From: Epiperipatus broadwayi
Taxonomy: Eukaryota > Animalia > Onychophora
NCBI GenBank assembly: GCA_028023455.1
Contig: JAQFVV010000003.1
Location: forward strand, 24,304,001-24,368,000
DNA length: 64,000 bases
Reading direction: 5' to 3'
This document shows, in pieces, positions 39,001 to 51,000 of this stretch (within the stretch, counting starts at the first letter, position 1; each line of letters starts with the position of its first letter). A model generated the notes under the pieces. The model was not told the DNA's origin, made no database searches, and worked only from the letters and a program-made list of their open reading frames with translations. The translations under genes and the position numbers were made by a program.

Positions 39001-42000
39001 AAAAGGTGAAGAAACAATTGATTTAAAAAGTGGAAATATACTCTATTATAAAGGCACACATATTGGAAATACAAGTGGAGTAGGATTCATTATAAATAAA
39101 AAGTGGAAGAACAATATTGTGGAGATTGATGGTGTATCGGACAGAGTTGCAAGATTAGTTATACAACTTAATAGCAGATACCAAATGCAGATAATTCAGG
39201 TTTATGCCCCAACAAGTTCTCATAATGATGAAGTAATAGAAGATTTTTATATGGATGTACAAAAGGCTTTTGATCAGAGTAAACTACATTTTAAAATTGT
39301 TATGGGAGACTTTAATGCTAGAATTGGTAGACAAATGAAAGATGAAATTGCTGTAGGTAATTTTGGTTATGGTAATAGAAATGAGAGAGGCCATAGACTT
39401 GTGGAGTTTGCAGAAAAAGAAAAACTTTATATTATGAATTCATTTTTTGAGAAAAATGTTAAACGGAAATGGACATGGAAGCATCCAAATGAAGGTACAG
39501 CAGAATTGGATTATATTTTGACTAACAGGAAATACATATTCCAAGATTGTAATGTTCTTAATAAATTTAACACAGGAAGTGATTATCGATTAGTAAGATG
39601 TAAGATACATGTTAATGCAAAACTAGAGAGACAAAAATTATTAAGAAAAACAATATTTACAGTTGATATTCCTAATCTTCAGAAACATTCTAATGAATTT
39701 AAATTAGAACTTACAAATAGGTTTCAAGTGTTAGGAGATTTTGAACATGATTCAGATTTGAATGAAATTAATATGAAAATAACTGATACACTTTTAAAAA
39801 CTGCAGCAAAGATAGCTGGTAGGAAAAAGCAGCAATTGACTAATAAAATTTATACTGAGACTAGAGAATTTATGAAGAAAAGAAGGAATATGAAGATATA
39901 CAAAAATGATGTATTAAAAAGAATTGAATATCTCGAATTTTGTAAAATGGTACAGAAAAGAGTTGAAAATGATATAAGAAAGTATAACTGTGAAATAGCA
40001 AGGAAAGCTGTAGAAGAAAATAAAAGTCTCAAGAATGTTAAACAACATTTTGGTATTGGTAGGAAATTTATATCTGCAATAAGAAAAAAAGATGGAATTA
40101 TTACTAAAAAGAGAGATGACATCATGAAATTGGTAGAAGATTTTTATCAAGAATTATATAGTAATAAAGAACAAGTACCTCTTATATCTATTACATCTTC
40201 CGAATTGCCCAGAATTTTAAATGAAGAAGTGAGACATGCAATTAAATGTATGAAGAAAGGAAAGGCTCCAGGAAATGATGGAATTATAATTGATATATTA
40301 AAAGAAGCAGGTGAAGAAGTAGAAACAATTTTAGCAAAGTTATATACCAAATGTCTAAATGATAAAGATGTACCGGAAGATTGGAAGAATGCAGTAATAA
40401 TATTAATATTTAAAAAAGGTGATAAAGAAGATATTAGAAATTACAGACCTATCAGCCTTTTATCAGTTTTATATAAAATTTTTACCAAGATAATTACAAC
40501 TCACCTACAGAGAACTTTGGATTTCCACCAACCAAGAGAACAAGCTGGATTTAAAAGTGGTTTTAGTACAATAGATCATATCCAGGTATTGAGAGAAGTC
40601 ATAGAAAGGACAAATGAATATGAGTTGTCATTATGTTTTGGATTTGTAGATTATAAAAAGGCATTCGATTCTATACACATTTCTTCAGTGATTAAAGCAT
40701 TGGATCATCAAGGTATAGATCCAGGATATTGTCATATTTTAAAGAATATTTATAAAAATGCAACAGCAACAATTAGATTACATAATGATACTGGAAAAAT
40801 CAACATTGAGAAAGGTGTAAGACAAGGTGACTCCATATCTCCAAAACTTTTTACAGCAGTGCTGCAAGAAGTATTTTGTGGATTAAAATGGGAAACTAAA
40901 GGAATGAAAGTAAATGGAGAGTATTTAAGTCATTTAGATTTTGCAGATGATGTAGTTGTTTTTGCAAATAATGCTTCAGAGCTGCAGGAAATGTTGCAGG
41001 AGTTATCAGATGAAAGTAGAAAAGTAGGACTAAAGATAAATGTTAAAAAGACTAAAGTAATGTTTAATCGATTTGCTCAAAGTATGAAAATAAAGATTGA
41101 TTATGAAGAATTAGAAGAAGTTAACAGTTACAAATACCTTGGTCAGATTATTAATACAGATGGAAACATAATGGAGGAAATTAATCATAGAATTAAACTT
41201 GGTTGGAGTGCTTTTGGTAGAAATAACTTGATACTAAAAGGAAATATGCCTATGTGTTTGAAAAGGATGGTTTTTAACAAATGTGTTTTACCAGTTCTTA
41301 CTTATGGATCTGAGACTTGGACACTTAATAGAAGAGCAATACAGAGACTTCAGACCACTCAAAGGAGTATGGAGAGATGTATGTTGGGAGTAACAAGAAG
41401 AGGTCGAAAACGCAATGTATGGATAAGACAACAAACACGTGTTACTGACCTTATTGAAAAAATTAAAAGATTGAAATGGAGTTGGGCTGGACATATTGCT
41501 AGAAGAAATGATAATAGATGGACAATTGAAATTTTAAACTGGATTCCAAGAGATTGTAAAAGACCCAGAAAGAGACTACATGTGAGATGGATGGATGAAA
41601 TAAGAAAATGTGCAGGGGTGTTGTGGAAAAGAGAAGCTAAAGATCGGAGAAGATGGATTAAACTTGGAGAGACCTTCATCCTGCAGTGGATTGATAATGG
41701 TTGATGATGATGATGATGATATTTATCTAGTATTTGCAAAATTATAATTTGAATTTTGAGTGACCTAATACATTGAATATCAAAATTCAATTTAAGATAA
41801 TGTAAAATTTAGAATTGTCGATTTGAATATTTATCGAAACCTTTGTTTCATGACCTTCAAAAGAAAAAATACCCCACATACACATTCACAAACTAGCACA
41901 AAACTGATATTCTCACCTCTTAATTTATTGTATTTTTTTTCACTGTTAATTAAAGAAATAATTTACATTCGAATATCAGCCTTTCAAGCTAATTGTGCAA

Positions 42001-45000
42001 ACGCTTTACGAGTGTTAATAATAAATGAATACATTCTTACCAATACAAGATATAATATAACACTCGCAAAGCGTTTGCACAATTAGCATGAAAAGCTGAT
42101 ATTCGAATGTAAATACAAGTGTATACAGACGCTATATAAAATAAATGCTTATTTAAAGAAATAATGAAATAAAAGAAACTGATATCTTGTTAATTAAATA
42201 TTTAAAAATTATATTGTAAAAATCACTAAAAAATATTGTAGGTTGTAAAATTTTTACATTTTATTTATTTATTTTCAGAGAAAAGTATCAAATATATTGG
42301 TGATCCATACGTCCGTCAGTCCATTAATGAAGCTATAGAACAAGTAAACAAAGCAGTTGAAGATACTATTAAAAAGCTACACGATGGGCACAAACCAACA
42401 ACTCCTTCAGAATTTTTAGCCTTGTTTAGATTTCCTAATCCTGAAGCTCGGGAAGTAGCCAGGTCTGCAGAAATTTATGAGCAAACTTTGGAAACCATTC
42501 GTAGGCATATAGAAGCCGGAATGAAATTTAATTTAAGTGGTAAGTTCATTTAGTAATCTTACAAATTTTAATGCATATATAGTTATCTAATGGTAAAATA
42601 TTCCTATATGTTGAATTTAATTTTAATAAGTAAAAAATTCACTACAGTTATACATCAATTTATGGCAGGGTTACATTCCAGCAACCTGGTTACGATATAG
42701 TTAAATTATTGCACTAAAAATAAATAGGAAACAGTAATAAGTAGCCATAATGGCTATGTATTTATAATGACCATTATCTGTAAAAATCTTTTTATTATAG
42801 TTTTGACCACTGGCAGCACAATTGTTTTATTTTGATATAGTTTGTTTTATGATTATAACTTCTTCATGGTAAATTTAAATGGGTATATTGTCACATGGAT
42901 ATATATATTATTTTTAGAAAAAGTTACTGTACATTAAGAACATGCTAAAGATTTAATGACAAAATTATTATCTATCCCTTGTGTACTGTTTCATTAAAGC
43001 CAATTACTTTCATCATCATTTGAAAATGTTATTTCCTAGCAATTTTTGTCATGAGTTTTTATTATAAATGACTTTTTATTCAAAAATTGTTAATATTATA
43101 ATTCTTTGACCACTGGTTGATAGATCTTGAAGTAATGAAAGTAATTAAAATCAAAAAATAAACCAACAAGAATTATTTTTAAAATAAAATTTAATCTTGG
43201 AATTGGAATACATAAATCCTGAATTCTTGAGGTTGCCTTCAGCATTAACTATGTAAATTATGGTATTTATAGTCATTAAATTATTTTGGCTATTATTGGA
43301 TTGGAAATGTTGTGTGGAGTACTCTAAAGTTACCTTAGTATTATTTTAATAATTTCATTTTAAACAAAATACAGTACAATTATTATTTTTATGATTCTTC
43401 TTAAAATAACTAAAATAATAAGTACAGCAAGTATTATTGAATTTGACACATTTTTATAAATTGAATACTTTGAAAACTACACATGTCTAATCGAATTTCA
43501 ATTAATGAATGTTTATAATTAACAATTTTTGTAATTAATAATGTTTAATTTGTTGTTAATGAATGAAAAAAATCATTTGTTTCTCTTTTTGAATAATGTG
43601 ATAAAGAAGAAAAAAATATTTTCTTGAATGATTTGGAAACAAATATTATATCTTATTTATACAATGAATTAATAACTGGTGATTGAAAATTCCCATTGAT
43701 TTGAATTGTAAACTATTTTATAACATCTTGTATTTAATGTTTAGAATGAGCTAATAGAAGATGCTTAAACACTTTGATTTATATTGTCAGCATATAATAT
43801 ATGACTATAATGCATTGATTACATAATTGATTAATTTTTTTACCTATTTTTAAAATTTTATAATGTATTAAAATAAGCTGTTAAAAATTTCATCATTGTG
43901 TAATTTTAAGTAAGTATAGAATACATAAAATTTCTGCCAGTGTTTTAAATTGTGATGATTTAGAGACCATCTTCTCACATCTAGTTTTTTTCCAAGAATA
44001 TCAGTTTTCCATTAATATATAGATATAATCTTCAGTTCTTGAATTATTATTTTTATATCTATGTATTGGAGTTTTCATGTAGTAAAAATATAATAACTAA
44101 ATAGCTGATGTTTTACTACAATAACAAGTACTTTCCTCAGAGCTTCTTCTTTTTCAAATCATAAGAAGGTGTGTGATGAGATTTAAAATCATTATTTTTT
44201 TCTTTGTTATTTTCTCCTCATTCTCAAATTCTATTGGTTGAGAAGTTTTAAAAAATATTTTATCCTCCAATAGCTTTTTCCAAATATTATTAATTTTCTT
44301 CAATTCACACTTTTTATTTATGCTTGTAGGCCTTTTAAAAAATGTTTATGGCTTCCCTTAGCAGTCTCTAGTCATATTGTTCAATTTTTGCCAGAATATG
44401 TGTTTTATTAAAATTGATGTCATGGTTAGTTAATTTAATGTGTGAATAAATGGCTCCTGAATTGGATTTGACTCTAACTGCAAAAATGTGTTCTTCCTTT
44501 TTTATGTTTATTCTATGATTAGTCTGTCCAATGTATGAATGTTAACAAACTCCATATGGAATTTCATATACATCATGACACTCCAAAGGAATTTTATCTT
44601 TAGGGCATGGAAATACTTCATTTATTTTTTTAAATTTAGTATAAATTGTGCAGATATTATTTTTCTTTAAATATTACCAATTTTATCAGTTATTCCCTTT
44701 ATATATGGCAGAACTGTCTTAATTTCTGAGGTATCAAAAAATTTTTTTTTATTATATAAAAAAAACCCTATTGATGATCCTATGATCAAAACCATCATGA
44801 AGAAAAATGTCTGTCATCAGAAAGTCTCTTAGTTCTGTCTAAGAATATCTTTGCCACTGAAAATAATTATGCTGGATGGTGGTGAGAAGAAAAATATAAA
44901 TATTTCCCAGTGCGTGTTTGCTTTCTATATGTACCATGGGATAAAGAACCATCCTCTTTCTTTTAATTAAAATATCTAAGAATGGAAGTTGGTTATTATT

Positions 45001-48000
45001 TTCTATTTCCATAGTAAATTTGATGTTGTTATGAAAAGAGTTTAAGGAATTTAAAAATTCATCAAGTGCATGCTTGCCATGAGACCAAATAACAAACATA
45101 TTATCAACATACCTCAGCCATACAGATGGTTTTTTTAATTGCTGATATCAAAATTTTATTTTCCAAGTTCTCCATAAAAATATTAAGCTAATGCTGGATA
45201 AATAAGTGAACCCATAGTTAAATCAAATGTTTGTTTATATATATCTTGTGTTCAATAAGCAGTGTTCATTCAATCCCACAACAAAATCAGGTCATTGAAT
45301 ATTTTTCAAAATTTCATTAGCTTCCTTTATAGATACACTAGTAAAAAGCGAAACAATATCAAAACTTACCAAAATATCACTTTTAGTTAATTTAATATCC
45401 CAGATGAGCTTGAGAAAATAATTCTCATTCTTAACATAAAGTGACATTTCTGTTAAATGTGGCTGATGTCTGTGTTGGTGAACCAACTGCACTTACATTC
45501 AGTCTCAATGGAATATCTAGTTTGTGGATTTTTGGCAAACTATATAACTTTGGATAAAAAGATTTTCTGTAGGTGTAAGATAGATCTTAGTTTTTAAATC
45601 TAAATCAGTATATATACATATATAGGGATTTGAACACAGACTTTCAAGCTCCCATCAGCCATTCACTCTATCTCATATAACCAATGCAAATGACCACACA
45701 CATGTGATAAAGATAAATTATCTCCAATATACGTATTTCATGACAAACCAGCATTCATCAGTTGACTCAGATCATCATCTCCCACATATATATTGGAGAA
45801 GATTGAAGCTGTTCATTAAAGTTTGAAGATTTGCTATCTTAATATAAACCAAGCACTGATTATATATGTGTGGGAGATTATGATCTGAACCAATGGATGA
45901 GTGCTGGTTCAGCATGAAATATGTATATTGGAGATCATTTATCTTTTTTGCATATATTTGGTCATATGTTTTGATTGTATAAGATGCCATGGATGACAAA
46001 ATTGACCTTGAAAATCTAGGTTCAAATGCTATAATTACATCTAGCTTAAAAATATATATACAATATACTTGTACTTAAATATTACCCATTCAGCCTGTAT
46101 TTATTCTCTCCATCCCTCTTCTGTGTATTAAATGGCTTATCCTGCATATGAGAGTCATAATGACTTATGGTCAACATAGGTATAACAACAAAATTGACAA
46201 ACAAGGGCTTTGAACATGCCATCATCAATATGGGTAGTTGGAGAGTGGAGAAGATTGAAACCTGTCCATTAAAGTGAGAAGATTTACTATCTTAATATAA
46301 ACCAAGCACTGATTATATATATGTATAGGGGATGATGATTTGGACCAACTCATGAGTTTTGGTTTAGCATGAAATGCATATATTTAAGATCATTAATCTC
46401 TTTTACATGTATGTAGTCATGTGTATTGGTTGTATAAGATGGAGTGGATGACAAAAGGGAGTTTGAAAGTCAGGGTTCAAACCCCTATAATTACATCTAG
46501 CATAAAAGTATATATAATATATTTGTATTTAAACATTAAAATTGTATAGTAATAAAAAAAACTACAATCTTCTGAATTATTGAGCACTTTAAATAAAAAG
46601 ATGACATACAATTAAAAATATGAGGGAAAATCTCTAAAAAATGATGAAATTATTATTGATATCTTAAAAAAAACAGGTGAAACAATAGAACAAAACTATA
46701 TACTAAATATCTACATAGTAAAATTGTATTAGATGAGCAAGAATGCAATAGTTATTCTAATATTTAAGAAAGATGAATTTAAAAAATATTAGAAATTATA
46801 GTTATATCAATTTTTTTCAGTTTTATGCAAGATCTTTGCCAAAATAATTGCATTTCATCTATAGTAAATTTTGAATTCAAACCAAACAAAATAATGAACT
46901 GAATTTGAAAGTGGTTTTAGTATAGTCAATCACATCCAAATTTTCAGTAGTTGTAGAAAGAATGAAGGAAAATAAGCTGCCATTATAATTTATATTTTAA
47001 TAATTATAAAAAGGCATTTTCATAATGATTAGAGCTTTATTATATGTTATATAATGAGCATGCTAATAGCTCTTAACAAGCTTTTCTAAATATCCCTGAC
47101 CTCAGACTGGTTTCTAGTTCTGGCTGTCATCAGTGAGGTTCTGGGACATTTGTAGTACAAGCTTATTAAATTAAGTCACATGATATATGACTTTATTTGC
47201 TTGCAATAATTAGAGCTTTATATATCAATTGCATTTGCTTTTTTTAAAATTTCATTTAGCCTCATAATTCCATTTGATTTGTTATTTATTGCTTTCATTT
47301 AAAACATTGCTTTAATTTGTTTATGAATTATTTTTTGCCTATTTTTTATTTCATATAGACTATTATAAAGTAAAAGCATTTAAGTGAATTACATTTCACC
47401 AAGAAAAAATTAAAATACTGGATTTAAAACTTGACACTGTAAAACTGGATTCAATAAAAACTGAAATTCAGTATTTATGGTTGAATTAATGGCTACAAAG
47501 TTTTTTTCAATATTAACTTTTTGTTATTCTTATTTCTTTTCACATTTCAAACATGGATTACTTTTAGCTTTGCTTTATTAATGCACATCCTCATTGCAAA
47601 ATATATTATTTTCTTCATTTTATTTAACATGCACTTATCATCATAAATTCAAGAATAAATGCAGTCATTGTTTTTTATCAATCAATTTTTATTGTGTTAA
47701 ATACTAAGACAGTGAAGATTAATCAAACAAATGGACTATACACTCACTATCATCATCAATATTATTCTGTTCCATGGACAGATTCAGAGAGTAGTCATGT
47801 CACCAATTCATCCATTTTTCCACTCCATTCTCTTCATTGCCCAGCTCTTTTCTTCAACTCCATGTAACTCTTCCTATCTCTTATGTCATTCAACAATATC
47901 AATCTTTTCCATCCTTCCTTTCTTGCTTACATTCATTGTTCTCTCCAAAACATATTCATTAAACTATACTTTTTTTTAAATATATGTCCAATCCAGTTTC

Positions 48001-51000
48001 TCTTTCTATATCAATTTCTTCAATCAATCTTTTTTCATTTACTTTCTCAAAGCTATACACTGTAGGAATTTTTTAGAAGAAAATAAAAATTGATAATGAT
48101 GAGTTAGGAGAAGTTAACAATTACAAATATCTTGGTCAGATTTTTTGATACATATGGAAGCACAATGGATAAAATTAAATTTAGATTAAGTGGTTTTGGA
48201 GATGCTATGTAATATTTAAAGGAAGTATGACCATTTTCAAAAAGCAAAGTTTTTTAATAGATATGTTTTACCAATTTTTATATATACAGCTAAGCCAAGG
48301 TACTTGATAGATGAGCAGTATTGAAATTTCAGATCATTCAATGTAGTATGAACAGATTGTGTTGAGAGTAACAAAAAGAAACTGAAAATGAAATATATGG
48401 GTGAGAGAACAAGCAGGTATCATTTATATTATTAAAAAAATTAAGAGAGTGAAATGAAGTTGGAAACATTGCTAGAAAAGATGATAATGGATGGGTGGTT
48501 GAAGTTTTAAACAAGATCCCAAGAGATCGAAAAGACTACATATGAAATGGATGGATAGAATGTATACTTATATGAAGTGGAATAAAAAGCTACTGGTCAG
48601 AAATATTGAATTAATTTTTTCTCTACCTTTTTTATTTTATTTTCTGTACAATAAAGTCATAATGTAAGCTGTATTAATATCCAATGCTTTTATAATATGC
48701 CAACCAAAAAATTAAAAAATGTAAATAAATAAAAAAATAAATACAAAATTTGTAAATTTAATAAATTTTACAATACAGTATTAACTACCGAGCCTCTGAA
48801 CACATGTACACATATAAAAGGGCATAGAAGAACAACGACAACACTTCTACAGTTCTTGGACATCTAATAAAGACTGGCCATGACTTCATTTCCTCCAACC
48901 CCAAAATTGTATGTATAGAAACAAACGACTGTAAAAGAAAAATAAAAGAGGCATATTTTATCAATGGTAATAATAACAACGCAATAAACAGACATGACGC
49001 CCGCTTTGATATTTTTAAAAAATGGACAACCTAACTCATTTGCATTTAATTTGCATGTATTAAGTATAATACAAACAATACCACAGTTTTCAATATGGCC
49101 GTGATTATGAAGCATGGAACCTCGAAAGCACTCAGCCTTAACTGAGTGTTTAATATTTTTCAGGCGTATACCTTCTGCAACTTGCACAGCATATGTGCTT
49201 TGTAGATTATTACATTTATTAATAATATTTCTTCAGATTAAATTAAAAGTGCATATATTTATTCATTGCTTTGATATGATAGGGCATTTGCATAAAAATG
49301 TTTCTAAAACTAAAAGTTTTATAAAATTTGTAAAGTATCTTTCTTATGTGATAAAATAAAAGTTAGAATATGACTATTATTGCATTAAAAAGCTTACAGT
49401 TTGAAGAGTTTAATCCAGAATTTGAAATGGCTAATAATAAGTAAGAGTGGCTATAAATTCCAAGACTAAAATAATTTTAAAAACATCAAAACAACTAAAA
49501 AAGCTGATGTCTGCTAATAATGAGACCGCTATTAATATTTCCTTAAAGTGAAAAAAAATTATTGAAGAAAAATGATATCCAATTGTAATGACACTGTGAT
49601 TCTTCACTATTCATTTTATTTAAAAAATAAAGATAGGAATATATATTCTTATTATTTTTACTTTTTGAATGAATGTGAATGAGTGAACATGTATATAATA
49701 TATATATTACTCCATCAATTTATTGCTAATATATGCAATATTATTTTTTTAAAAATTGGTTTATACCATAATCTTAATTTACGTATGCATATTATACATA
49801 TAAAAATGTTTGTGTAATATATGTGTGTGCATGTTAAAAAAATACCATTGCAATTCATTAAACAATATATGAGCTATTGTACATGATATATGATGTATGT
49901 AAGAAGAGCTTGGAACAAAATATAGCACATGTTGTAATTCCACTGTATTTGTTATATTTATTGTTAATGCAGGGGTGGGAAAATAACGGCCCAAGGGCAA
50001 CATGCAGCCTGCCAAGACAATCAGAAAAATCCACCTTGACCTGAGATTTCCTTCCCATGTGCAACCGAAGATTTGTCTCATATTTTTCACTAGGATGGCT
50101 ACATCAATACACATGCACAATGTTGATATGATGTGCAGTGCTTTTTCAATTGATCTGATTAATTTCAATTTTGTCTTTGCATTAGCAAATATATACATTT
50201 CCTACTTTAGTGAAACCATGAACCCTCTGAAAAAATGTAATATCGGTGATGAATGTCGTGTATTTAATGAAGAATGGACAAACAAATATTTTTTTGGTAA
50301 TACAGGGAATAAAGCAGTGTCTTTATTGTGTCATGAAAAAAAGGTGCGGCCCTCCACTAACCTTCGCTTTCACAAAGTGACCCCCAATGCATCCCTCTAC
50401 CAACCTCTGCAGCCCCCGAGCCAAAACAATCACCCACCCCTGTGCTAATGTATTAAGAAAATTTAACAGTAATCTAAAAAATTATGATTAAAGAGAAGGG
50501 GAAGTAGACCATTTTTTTTATCAAAAATATTCCAAAATTATTTTTTTTTAAAATAATTTATTTAGATATTTTTCTGTACTTAATTATGCAAAAATTATTT
50601 TTAAAATATTATGTCTTATTTAAATAATTGCATTAAAATACAATGTATGAATTTTGCTTTTCTCTGTTTTCCTTTTTGTAGGATTTATAGCAGTTATGCT
50701 AATAATCATCAAAAAAAACTTTAAAAAATATGATTTTCTTCTTTTCTGTGACATGTGATAAATCTGATTTTATTAATTTATATTTGTAGTTTTTTATAAT
50801 AATAATAATAATAATAAAAAAACCTTCTAATATTTTAGCAGTAAATAATGTTTTTTTGCTATCACTTATTTTTTTATTTCAATACTATGAGGTCTATTAC
50901 AACAAGAGTTCCCACTATAAATAAATTGTACAACTATGGCAAATATTATAATGAAGATATTTTTATTATATTTCATAAAGTTTAAATTATCAATTTAGTT

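Noticed and set aside
38700-41750. TSD for the intact RTE (tttg...aattataa at ~38704 and ~41733)
   Set aside because: Mismatched and not directly adjacent to the tail; 5' end unresolved.
39850-41790. Minus-strand ORFs within the RTE, and 58925-59173 and 29922-30128 within exons
   Set aside because: Antisense shadows of real coding sequence.
44810-44825. Minus-strand CTGATGA
   Set aside because: It lies within the Penelope coding remnant and has no downstream GAAA or stems.
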